Shown here: in pieces, positions 25,448 to 34,564 of the stretch | How the letters are laid out: each line of letters opens with the position of its first letter | How positions within the stretch are numbered: the first letter of the stretch is position 1 | NCBI GenBank assembly: GCA_947453545.1 | Contig: CANGHE010000001.1 | Location: 1 to 41,411 of the forward strand | Direction: 5' to 3' | Length of the DNA: 41,411 nucleotides | Source of the DNA: Flavobacteriia bacterium | Lineage (GTDB): Bacteria > Bacteroidota > Bacteroidia > Flavobacteriales_D > Crocinitomicaceae | Program-made: the position numbers and the translations under genes | Notes under the pieces: generated by a model | Seen by the model: the letters and a program-made list of their open reading frames with translations, nothing else | Databases searched by the model: none | Told to the model about the DNA's origin: nothing

Positions 25448-25816
25448 ATGATGCAAATAAAAATTCAAAAGATGAAAAAAATAAAAATTGGTATTGTTTT
25501 GTGTTTATTTTCATTGAGTTGTATGGCTCAAGGAGATTTTGGGAATAATAATTCAGACCCATACCCTACTGATATACCACCAATTAACCCAACACCAGAC
25601 CCAAGCTTTCCTGGAGATTTAGGAAACAACCCTCAGGACAATAACCCTTTAGACGCTTTTCCTATTGATCAATACCAATATGTGTTAGCTTTAGGAGGTA
25701 TTCTTTTAGTATTGTATTTAATAAGAAAAAAAAAACGAATGCAACAATTAAAAAAAATTGAAAGGAGTAAAAAAATAGTAAATTCTTTAGTAACAATCTA
25801 TTTACAAAAAAAATGA
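25448..25816 (+). CDS. small secreted protein with PID-motif / TM helix / KKK C-terminal tail
   Basis: Likely start is the Met at 25472 (MKKIKIGIVLCLFSLSCMA/QG). GDFGN and NPLD motifs are shared with the 110-aa paralog. C-terminus NPLDAFPIDQYQYVLALGGILLVLYLIRKKK, then a 27-aa extension. Confidence 0.6.
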   Translation: MMQIKIQKMKKIKIGIVLCLFSLSCMAQGDFGNNNSDPYPTDIPPINPTPDPSFPGDLGNNPQDNNPLDAFPIDQYQYVLALGGILLVLYLIRKKKRMQQLKKIERSKKIVNSLVTIYLQKK

Positions 25817-26151
25817 ATACTAATATTCTTATTTATGACAAAACAGGAGTTTTCATTAATCTAATAATAAATTATTTAGGAGAAAATATTGGGTTGTTAT
25901 TTTGCAATAACAAAAGAAAATTAAAGAAAATTGATTTAAACACCATTTCAACTGCTTATCTATATACCGATAAAAAAGAGGATTTAAATGACATTTTAAT
26001 AATGAATAATAACATTAATGAAGTATATATTATAACTAATTCAATAATATTAAAAAATAAATTAATTCAAATTGATCCTAATCATTTTCTAGATTTAGAT
26101 ACTGATACTTTTAAAATAATGGAATCCATTTTTTATAAAACATTGGATTAA
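25813..26151 (+). CDS. hypothetical protein (112 aa)
   Basis: ATGA overlap with the preceding gene. No motif recognised. Faint CheY-like strand pattern (NILIYD, AYLYTD) that I do not trust. Confidence 0.4.
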   Translation: MNTNILIYDKTGVFINLIINYLGENIGLLFCNNKRKLKKIDLNTISTAYLYTDKKEDLNDILIMNNNINEVYIITNSIILKNKLIQIDPNHFLDLDTDTFKIMESIFYKTLD

Positions 26152-26540
26152 ATATTATGTAACTCAGGTAGTGCTATACCGCTTTTCTCCTGTTAATTTT
26201 TGTTAGTTAAGTAATATTTGAAGTGAGGAACAGCATGAAATAATATAGGTACTGCCTGATTAAATTAAAAATCAGGTAAATAAAAACTATTAAACATCAA
26301 ACTATAGGGTAGTTATAGGTTTATTAGTTTATTGAAATTTTGGGGATTTCAAAATATTTGCCTGATTTTATAAATGAGAAATAGTGAAAAATGACACTTA
26401 TAAAAGTAAAAAAAAATCTCAATATCGACCTAAATTAATGGAAAATAATTCTATAATTTGATTTTAATTCCAACCCTAAACCAATTTATTTAATAAGTAT
26501 ATTTTTTAATAGAAAAAAGATTAACATAAATATTATTTAC

Positions 26541-26909
26541 ATGAAAAAAAACCTTTCAAATATTACAAAAGAGGAACTATTAGTGTTTTATCGATTAGAT
26601 AGGATTATGATAGAATTTATTCCATTAAAATCTAATTTTCGTCTTTTCCACCTTGCTTATTTAATTGATTATCCAGTTGATAAAACTTCAAAATTGATAA
26701 AGAGAATTTACAACGCTAATTTTAATATTGTTGTGAATTTTTATAGAATAAATTACTTTGAAAAATTAATGTACCAAGAATTATTTCTAAATAAAAAAAT
26801 TGTAATATCAGAATTAATAAAGAAATCCGGGTTTAAATCTAGAAACACTTATTATGTTACTTTGAAAAAAATAAATAAAAAAATTTATTGTAACCAAAGT
26901 GATAAATAA
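26541..26909 (+). CDS. short AraC-like HTH protein (degenerate)
   Basis: The pattern L..LAYLI......SKLIKR.....F...VN.YRI.YF..L........ISELI.KSGFKS...YY...KK parallels the two-HTH AraC C-terminal domain. No sensor domain present. Confidence 0.4.
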   Translation: MKKNLSNITKEELLVFYRLDRIMIEFIPLKSNFRLFHLAYLIDYPVDKTSKLIKRIYNANFNIVVNFYRINYFEKLMYQELFLNKKIVISELIKKSGFKSRNTYYVTLKKINKKIYCNQSDK

Positions 26910-26921
26910 AATATTTGTAAA

Positions 26922-27140
26922 ATGAACAAGCTCATATTAAAAGTATATTTATTTATTTCAAAAGTGAAATCTACTTCTAGAATATGCACTAAACCAATAG
27001 ATTTCACAAATACTAGTTCAAATTATAAGCAACATAGTTATTCAAATTATTTGCATTTAGTGGTTTTTATTTTGGTTATAATATGGGGATATTTTTATAT
27101 TTTTCTTTTATATCAGGAAGTAGAAAAGAAGAATAAATGA
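26922..27140 (+). CDS. hypothetical small membrane protein (72 aa)
   Basis: ORF only. One hydrophobic segment (LHLVVFILVIIWGYFYIFLLY). Could be spurious in AT-rich DNA. Confidence 0.2.
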   Translation: MNKLILKVYLFISKVKSTSRICTKPIDFTNTSSNYKQHSYSNYLHLVVFILVIIWGYFYIFLLYQEVEKKNK

Positions 27141-27292
27141 ATTCTAATTCTTAAATAACTTAACACAAATAAATTATTAATAATAAGCGTGGTCTAAAAA
27201 GTTATTCTAATATTTTATGGAACAATGATATAGATTTAACCTTGATTTTTATAGTTTATACTAGGTATTTTGTATTGTAAAAATTAATTATT

Positions 27293-30200
27293 ATGATTCT
27301 GAAAGTTAAATTAAAATATATTGTACTAATACTCTTTATTAATTGTTGTTCGACTTTTGCTTTTACTTTTTCTGCAACTTCCTTACCCGAAACTTGTTCA
27401 GGTAATGGGTCAATTAATATAACAGTTAACAACCCCAACCCAAATGGAAATTTTGTTTTTTATGTTTATAGACTACCTAATATTACTATTCCTTATACTA
27501 CCGTTGTTGGAAATACAATTAATAATTTGCCAGCAGGAACTTATAAAATTGTTGCTAGAGAGAGAATTGGGAGTAATTATACTGAACAACAGCAGCAAGT
27601 AGTAGTTAGTTCTAATGTAATTCCTTTAACTTATACCGTTTTAACCTTAAATCAAGCATGTTCTAACATTAGTTCAATATCGGTAACAACAATAACGGGT
27701 ACTGCTGTGAGTTATGAGATTTTTTCAGGGCCTATTTTGTTTCCTCTACAATCAAGTAATACTTTTGTGGGTTTAATTACTGGAGTATATAAAATTAGAG
27801 TTTTTGATTCTTGTGGTGTTGGTGCTGTGCAAACGGTTACGGTAGCTCAAAATACCGCTGGAATTTCTATTGGACCACCAGTTATTACAGATAATAATCC
27901 TGTTTCTTGTAATTCTTCGACTATAAGTAATACTTTATCAGCAATTTCAAGCTCTGTTATTGGATATCCATTAAACATTACTTATACTATTCACCCACCA
28001 GGAGGACTTCTTCCAATAATAATTAATTCTACTTTACTTTCTGGAAATGCTACCTCGCAGGTAATTAGCACTTCAATGCCTATTTACATCAACCAATCTT
28101 TTAGTTATGATATTAGTATAATTGATGCATGCAACACTACGTTTACAAGTAGTTTTATTGTAAATCAAAATTTTTCTACAATAAACAATATTGTAAAATT
28201 AGATTGTAATCAAAATTATTTTTCACTTGATGTGGCTAATGGAAGTGCACCGTATACTTTAAATTTCATTTCTGCGCCAGCAGGATTTATTCCAGTAAAT
28301 TATAATTCAAATTACCCAGGCCCCTATAATATAAATTCTATTGTTTTTGGAAGTATCACTAACATTGTACCCTTAGGAAATTATAAAGTAAGCGTAACCG
28401 ATAGTTGTGGAAGAACTTTCCTTCTAAATTTTTCTATCCTTTTTATTCCTTCTGTTCCTGTTGCAACAGGGAAAAATAATGGATGTTTGTTAAATAATGG
28501 TTCTATTGTAGTTTCTATTTCATCATTCAAACTTACTTCTGTAATAATAACTACGGCTCCAGCAAGCTTTCCATATCCATTACCATATGATGCTAGTGCT
28601 CTAATTACGGCTTCGGGCACCTTAACTTTAAATCCTGTTCCAACCGGAAATTATGTAATTCTTGTTAATGATAACTGTAGTAGTGTTTTAGCTCCGTTGC
28701 TCTGTACGGTTCCTGTTTATATTGATAAAAAACTTACTTTAACCGTACGTCCTGGATGTGATTTAGGTAAAACTTCAGTAGAACTAAAAAGCAATAATGG
28801 TAAATTAGTATCGGTTTCCATTACGGTTGCGCCTTTAGGTTTCCCTTATGCTTTACCGTATATTATATCTAATTATATAATTTCCAATGGTAAATTATAC
28901 ATGGACGATTTACCTGGTGGAAATTATACTTTTCTAGCTATTGATGAATGTAATTTTAGTAATAGTATTTCGGCAAATATTTCAGGTTATACCATTACAA
29001 CTAGTGCTTTTTCCATGCAAACCAATTGTGGTTCCTTTAATATTCCTTTAAATTTTATAAGTAATGGTGTTCAAAACCAAACTTATTGGTTACAAAAGTT
29101 GATAGATCCTATTGCGAATACTTGGGGAAGTCCTTCCACAAATACTGTTTATATAAATGGAACTTTACCAAATGCCACAAATTCTATCGCTTTAATTAAT
29201 AATGGAACTAATTTGAATTTATCCTTTAATGGAACTTTTAGAATTATTCGCTGCTTTAATTCTTATAATGATGGGGTTAGTATTAATAATGGAACTGTTT
29301 CAGTAACTGATAAATTGTGTTTGGAAATATTAATTTCAAACTTATTTTTTAACCAAGCTTTCGAAATACAATCAATATCTAGAATTCCTTGCAGTAATAG
29401 TGGTATTCCAGATGTAATTATTTTGGCTAATGGAACAGTTCCGCTTAACTATTCCATCATTACAAAAAATGGTGTAGCATTTTCTTTAAATAACGGAACG
29501 TCTAATGTTTTTTACAATTTACCTAACGGATTATATACTTTTCAAGTAGAAGATGCTTGTGGTAATGTTGCTAATCGTGTTTTTGATGTTTCTGATTTAG
29601 CTTCATTGGTAAACATGACACAACCCAATGATATGTTACAATGCAAAGTAATAATTACAGGAACTGAAACTTTTGACTTAACACAACAAAATGCTACTAT
29701 TTTAGGAATTCAAATTCCAGAAAATTATACTTTAACTTATTACACTTCAATTACGGATGCCCAATCGGCAATTAATGCTATTCCAAATCCCAGCACATTT
29801 AATCCTTCTACTAATCCTCAAACAATTTATGCACGATTAATTTTCAATCCATTGCCTAATTGTTATGAAATACGTTCGTTTGATTTAATTGTTGGACAAA
29901 CACCAGCCATTAATTTACAAAATAGTTATCTTAACTGTTCCGAAGGTCCTGTAGTTTTAGATGCATCCGAAAATAATATTCTAACTACAGCTTATTTATG
30001 GTCAACAGGAGAAACTACACCATCTATTATAATATCACAACCTGGTATCACAATGGTTAATTTAGTAGTAACTAATTCTTATGGAACTCCTTTGCAAACT
30101 TGTACTAATACTAAAGACATAGAAGTAACTATTTCTGAAATTCCAAAAATCGATCATTTCGAAACTGTGGATTGGACACTTAATGAAAATAGCATTACAG

Positions 30201-30610
30201 TTTTCACTTCCAATAGTGGTGATTTCGAATATTCTTTAGATAATAATAATTATCAGGGCAGTCCTTACTTTACTAATTTACCTCCTGGAGTTTACAACGT
30301 GTATGTTCGTGATAAAAAAGGATGTGGCTATTCTATAAAAGAGGTTTGTTTGTTATATTTTAAAAAATATTTCACGCCTAACGGTGATGGATATAATGAT
30401 TATTGGCGCATAGAAAATTCCGAAAATGAACCCAATTTAAAAGTAGTTGTTTATGATCGTTATGGAAAATTAATTACTTCTTTTAATGCTTCTAGCCCAG
30501 GTTGGGATGGTATGTATAACGGAAAAGAAGAACTTGCAACCGATTATTGGTTTGAAGTTTATCGTCAAGACGGAAGAATACACAACGGACATTTTACCCT
30601 AAAAAGATAA
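27293..30610 (+). CDS. large secreted repeat protein with T9SS type B (CHU_C / gliding-motility-associated) C-terminal sorting domain
   Basis: Signal peptide. About 8 Cys-bracketed modules ending in G.Y...V.D.CG. C-terminal YFTPNGDGYNDYWRIEN...VVYDRYGKLI...PGWDGMYNGKE...DYWFEVY...GHFTLKR is the canonical type B sorting domain. Confidence 0.9.
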   Translation: MILKVKLKYIVLILFINCCSTFAFTFSATSLPETCSGNGSINITVNNPNPNGNFVFYVYRLPNITIPYTTVVGNTINNLPAGTYKIVARERIGSNYTEQQQQVVVSSNVIPLTYTVLTLNQACSNISSISVTTITGTAVSYEIFSGPILFPLQSSNTFVGLITGVYKIRVFDSCGVGAVQTVTVAQNTAGISIGPPVITDNNPVSCNSSTISNTLSAISSSVIGYPLNITYTIHPPGGLLPIIINSTLLSGNATSQVISTSMPIYINQSFSYDISIIDACNTTFTSSFIVNQNFSTINNIVKLDCNQNYFSLDVANGSAPYTLNFISAPAGFIPVNYNSNYPGPYNINSIVFGSITNIVPLGNYKVSVTDSCGRTFLLNFSILFIPSVPVATGKNNGCLLNNGSIVVSISSFKLTSVIITTAPASFPYPLPYDASALITASGTLTLNPVPTGNYVILVNDNCSSVLAPLLCTVPVYIDKKLTLTVRPGCDLGKTSVELKSNNGKLVSVSITVAPLGFPYALPYIISNYIISNGKLYMDDLPGGNYTFLAIDECNFSNSISANISGYTITTSAFSMQTNCGSFNIPLNFISNGVQNQTYWLQKLIDPIANTWGSPSTNTVYINGTLPNATNSIALINNGTNLNLSFNGTFRIIRCFNSYNDGVSINNGTVSVTDKLCLEILISNLFFNQAFEIQSISRIPCSNSGIPDVIILANGTVPLNYSIITKNGVAFSLNNGTSNVFYNLPNGLYTFQVEDACGNVANRVFDVSDLASLVNMTQPNDMLQCKVIITGTETFDLTQQNATILGIQIPENYTLTYYTSITDAQSAINAIPNPSTFNPSTNPQTIYARLIFNPLPNCYEIRSFDLIVGQTPAINLQNSYLNCSEGPVVLDASENNILTTAYLWSTGETTPSIIISQPGITMVNLVVTNSYGTPLQTCTNTKDIEVTISEIPKIDHFETVDWTLNENSITVFTSNSGDFEYSLDNNNYQGSPYFTNLPPGVYNVYVRDKKGCGYSIKEVCLLYFKKYFTPNGDGYNDYWRIENSENEPNLKVVVYDRYGKLITSFNASSPGWDGMYNGKEELATDYWFEVYRQDGRIHNGHFTLKR

Positions 30611-30875
30611 ATTATATAATGGATTTGAAAACAACGAATTACTAACAATAAAAAATTAAAAATGAAACAAGAAAAACTATTCCCATTCTTTAATACAAAA
30701 ATTAAAGAGGCACAATTCAATTGTAATATTGAAAGACTTTTTTATATGAAGAAAGTAAATAATACTTATTAAATGTAATAACCATTTTAGGATGCAAATC
30801 TGGAGCTTTGTATAACAAATTAAGATGTTGGCAGTAAGACTCTCTAAAAATACTGTAAAAAGAAAATAACATTAT

Positions 30876-31628
30876 ATGACAGAAATAGTAACAGGATTAA
30901 TAGTTGGTGCTGGTGGTACATTTTTAAACTTTGTAACAACAAAAGTTTATAATAAAATAACAGGAAGTTCAAAAAACTTTATTTGGTCTGATAAAGAAAT
31001 AAACATTAAAAACTTTAAAGTTTTAGATGATTTTAATGAATTAAAGAGGAGAACTAAAATAGTTGTAATTGATGACGAAAATAGTTTTCCAACAAAACTA
31101 TTTAATGATGAAGGATATTCGATTGAAAAATGGGACGAGGTCAAAGATTATTCAAAATTAGAAAAGGGCTTATTTGATATCATTGTTTTAGATATAAAAG
31201 GAGTCGCACAACATATTTCAAAAGATGATGGTTTGGGAGTTTTAGTTAGTTTAAAGAATAATAATCCAGCCCAAATAATTATTTCATATTCTCAACATAG
31301 TTTTGATTTAAGTAAAATTGAATTCTTTCAGTTAGCTGACGAAAATATTGCCAAACCAAGTGATTATTTAAAAATTAAAAATATTATCGATAATTTAATT
31401 TCATTACAATTCAAACCTGAAAGATACATTAGCACATTAGATCAAATTCTTTCAAAAAATCATATTGAAGAAAAAATAGTTTTAAAAATAAAAGCAGAGA
31501 TTTCAAAGGCAATAAAAACAAAAAAGTCACCAGATTGGATTAAATCTTTAGAAGCAATTCAAAATAAAACTGAATTAGTGAAACAAGTAAAAAGTTTAGG
31601 TGATACAATAATAAAATTCTACAAATAA
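30876..31628 (+). CDS. receiver (CheY-like) domain protein with N-terminal hydrophobic segment and no recognisable output domain
   Basis: Receiver signature residues: KIVVIDDE (acidic pair), DIIVLDIKG (phospho-acceptor Asp), IIISYS (Ser/Thr), IAKPS (Lys). N-terminal IVTGLIVGAGGTFLNFV. C-terminal about 70 aa predicted helical, with no HTH seen. Confidence 0.75.
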   Translation: MTEIVTGLIVGAGGTFLNFVTTKVYNKITGSSKNFIWSDKEINIKNFKVLDDFNELKRRTKIVVIDDENSFPTKLFNDEGYSIEKWDEVKDYSKLEKGLFDIIVLDIKGVAQHISKDDGLGVLVSLKNNNPAQIIISYSQHSFDLSKIEFFQLADENIAKPSDYLKIKNIIDNLISLQFKPERYISTLDQILSKNHIEEKIVLKIKAEISKAIKTKKSPDWIKSLEAIQNKTELVKQVKSLGDTIIKFYK

Positions 31629-31629
31629 A

Positions 31630-32712
31630 ATGGATAAAGAACTATTAAGCAATTTATCAAAATATCCTTTTATTATTGAAAATGAATTTATTAATTCAGT
31701 TGATTTAAAACAAAATAAAACTTGTATTGAAAAATGTAAAGAAAAAGACTGCTTGAGTTTACTTGAAAGTAAAACTAATCTGGAAGAATATATTTGTTCT
31801 AAAGGCTATAACAATATTATTTCAATTATAGGAGAATTAAAATTTGCTTTAAATGGTTTAATATTTGAAGATAATAAAATAATTCCACAAGGAAGAAAAG
31901 AAGTCAGAAAAGATTGGATTATAAGTAGAAATGAAATCATAGTTTTTTTAAATAAAATTAATGACATTGAAACCTATTTAGAAAAAAGCATAAATGAAAC
32001 AACTGAAAAAAACTTTTCTATGTTTCACGATTTCAAAACATCAATGTCAATTTTTTATACTTGTACACAAGATATAATAAATAATCAACAAGGGAAAACA
32101 TTTCTTGATAAGTTAGAAAATAGTGATAAATCATATAAAAATTTATATAATTCTTTGGATTTGATTACTTCTCAACTTGGTATGGTTGATGTAATATTAA
32201 ATCCAAATAGTATAAAATTTGGCAGTAAAAAGCCAATTAATTTATTTAAATTGTTCGATAAAATAAAAGCATTATTCAGTCACTTATCAACTAAAAAGAG
32301 AGGTGTAAATATTAAATTAAGTTCTGAAATTAGAGTTGACGATTGTTATTGTTATGAATCAATAGAGTTTATTCCTTTGATTTTATTAGATAATGCATTA
32401 AAATATTCATTAAGTGATTATGATATAGAAATTAAGTTTGAACAACATTATGGTGTTTTAAAAGTAATCGTAAAAAATATTGGACCTTTGGTTAGTGATG
32501 AAAATAAAGATAAAATATTTGAAAAATTTTTTAGAGATGAATCAGGCAAAAAATTCACCAAAGAAGGTATGGGAATGGGTTTGTGGATTGCTAATAAAAT
32601 TCTAGAAGCTCACGATTGCAAATTAGAATATCATAAAAATCAGCGAGATACTGGAACAATTGGCTTAAATATTTTTGAATTTGAATTGCCAATTATTAAG
32701 ACAAGTAAGTAA
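31630..32712 (+). CDS. cytoplasmic histidine kinase with Cys-rich N-terminal region
   Basis: H-box-like FSMFHDFKTSMS. N-box LILLDNALKYS. F/G2 region KIFEKFFRDESGKKFTKEGMGMGLWIANKI. No TM helices. N-terminal C-x3-C-x4-C-x14-C cluster. Starts 1 nt after the stop of the receiver gene. Confidence 0.8.
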   Translation: MDKELLSNLSKYPFIIENEFINSVDLKQNKTCIEKCKEKDCLSLLESKTNLEEYICSKGYNNIISIIGELKFALNGLIFEDNKIIPQGRKEVRKDWIISRNEIIVFLNKINDIETYLEKSINETTEKNFSMFHDFKTSMSIFYTCTQDIINNQQGKTFLDKLENSDKSYKNLYNSLDLITSQLGMVDVILNPNSIKFGSKKPINLFKLFDKIKALFSHLSTKKRGVNIKLSSEIRVDDCYCYESIEFIPLILLDNALKYSLSDYDIEIKFEQHYGVLKVIVKNIGPLVSDENKDKIFEKFFRDESGKKFTKEGMGMGLWIANKILEAHDCKLEYHKNQRDTGTIGLNIFEFELPIIKTSK

Positions 32713-32875
32713 GTTTTGCTGCTTACGAGGTTATTATGAAATTGAGGTTTTATTACTTAATTAATGTTTGTTTTGTATTTGAAAATAAAATATAACCGAA
32801 AATTAGGCCTCCATAATCCGCAGCGTTGACCTTGCTTAAGTGTAAGTTTATTGAACTACAAGACACCATTATAAT

Positions 32876-33268
32876 ATGATAATAATAAAAAAAATAATTT
32901 TACCAATTCTTCTTGCGTCAATTTGGATTAGTATCTCCGAGTTTATTCGCAACACTTTTTTATTACACAAATATTGGACAGAACATTACCAAAATTTAGG
33001 ATTGACATTTCCTGAGCAACCTATTAATGGCTCTGTTTGGGGTATTTGGTCTTTGTGCTATGCTTCAGCCATTTTTATTTTCAGTAAAAAATACACTATG
33101 GTTCAAACCACGTTGTTATCTTGGTTTGTTGGTTTTGTTTTTATGTGGTTGGTAATGGGGAATTTAGGGGTATTACCTTACGGAATATTACCAATTGCTA
33201 TTCCATTGAGTTTATTGGAATCGTTTTTGGCAACTTTTATAATTATTAAACTTTCTAAACTGAAATGA
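32876..33268 (+). CDS. small integral membrane protein (about 4 TM)
   Basis: Hydrophobic segments throughout. ATGA overlap with the next gene. Confidence 0.6.
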   Translation: MIIIKKIILPILLASIWISISEFIRNTFLLHKYWTEHYQNLGLTFPEQPINGSVWGIWSLCYASAIFIFSKKYTMVQTTLLSWFVGFVFMWLVMGNLGVLPYGILPIAIPLSLLESFLATFIIIKLSKLK

Positions 33269-33981
33269 ATTTAAGTCAAACTGCAAAGCGTGCTATTGAT
33301 GCTTATGGGGGAATTGAACTATGGAAAAAGCATAAGTATATAGAGGCTGAAGTTTCTGTGAAAGGACTTGCCTTTAGTTTTAAACGTAGAACATTTTTTG
33401 AACATGCATTAATAAAAATGGAAATTGCTCGGCCGTTTTCTGTTCTTTCACCAATCGGAAAAGATAATTTTATTTTGGGTGTATTAGATGGGAATGATGT
33501 AAGAATTGAAAATACAAATGGAAAAATTATCTCAGAAAGAAAAAACGCTAGAGATTTTTTTCCTTATGGACGCAGACTTTTTTATTGGGACGATTTAGAT
33601 ATGGCTTACTTTGCAAATTATGCTTTTTGGAATTACTTTACATTGCCCAATTTATTGTTAGAAAATCGCATTGAATGGATTGAAAAAGAAAATGGGATAC
33701 TTTCTGCAATATTTCCAGACAGTATTCCTACACATAGTACTTTTCAAGAGTTTCATTTTGATATTAATAATGGTTTACTCTTACGGCATAATTATACAGT
33801 GGACATAATTAGCAAACTTGCTAAAGCTTCCAATGTCATTAGAAAGCATGAAAAATATGATAATGTAATTTGTCCATCTTCAAGACTTGTGACACCCCAA
33901 AATTGGAAAGGAATGCCACTAAATTGGCCGACTTTAATTGAAATTACAGTTCACGAATTTAAACTTACAAATAATGAATAA
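33265..33981 (+). CDS. hypothetical protein (238 aa)
   Basis: Long ORF, translationally coupled to the upstream membrane protein. No motif recognised. Confidence 0.6.
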   Translation: MNLSQTAKRAIDAYGGIELWKKHKYIEAEVSVKGLAFSFKRRTFFEHALIKMEIARPFSVLSPIGKDNFILGVLDGNDVRIENTNGKIISERKNARDFFPYGRRLFYWDDLDMAYFANYAFWNYFTLPNLLLENRIEWIEKENGILSAIFPDSIPTHSTFQEFHFDINNGLLLRHNYTVDIISKLAKASNVIRKHEKYDNVICPSSRLVTPQNWKGMPLNWPTLIEITVHEFKLTNNE

Positions 33982-34131
33982 AAAAAACCAACATACAAAA
34001 GTGCATACAAGTAATTGGACGTTCAGTGAGGCTTTATCTCAAATTTATTTTTGTTAGGCCGTATTGAGATATTATAGCACCAACTTCTTGTAATTGCAAA
34101 CCATTAAGTGTAACCTTAACAAACAAATAAA

Positions 34132-34557
34132 ATGAAACAATTAATTTATACATTATTATTTAATTTATTAGTCAATTTAGCTTTTTCTCAAACCGGAAGT
34201 ATTACAGTTAAAATTGAAGGAATATCTAGTACAAAAGGAAAAGTCGAGATTGGGTTGTATAATAAAAAAGAAAATTTCACAATCTATAGTAAAAATTTCA
34301 AGGGTGCTTCTATCACACCTTCAAATAACGGAATTACATATACTTTCGAAAATTTACCAGTTGGGAATTATGCTATTGCTACATGGCAGGATGAGAACGA
34401 AAATAAAAAAATCGATAAAAACTGGTTTGGAATTCCTAATGAAAAATATGGTTTTTCTTTAAACAAATATGGAACATTTGGCCCCCCTGATTTTGATAGT
34501 GTTTCATTCAAAGTAAGTGATGGTAAATCGACAAAGCTAACTATTCAATTAAAATAA
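34132..34557 (+). CDS. DUF2141 domain secreted protein
   Basis: Signal peptide (LVNLAFSQ). VEIGLYNKKENF...FENLPVGNYAIATWQDENENKKIDKNWFGIPNEKYGFSLN...GPPDFDSVSF matches the DUF2141 pattern. Confidence 0.85.
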   Translation: MKQLIYTLLFNLLVNLAFSQTGSITVKIEGISSTKGKVEIGLYNKKENFTIYSKNFKGASITPSNNGITYTFENLPVGNYAIATWQDENENKKIDKNWFGIPNEKYGFSLNKYGTFGPPDFDSVSFKVSDGKSTKLTIQLK

Positions 34558-34564
34558 TAAAAAT

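Noticed and set aside
30662-30772. 36-codon ORF (MKQEKLFPFFNTKIKEAQFNCNIERLFYMKKVNNTY) in the gap after the type B protein, considered as a leader peptide or small toxin.
   Set aside because: It has no hydrophobic segment, no coupling to neighbouring genes, and nothing to distinguish it from chance ORFs in AT-rich DNA.
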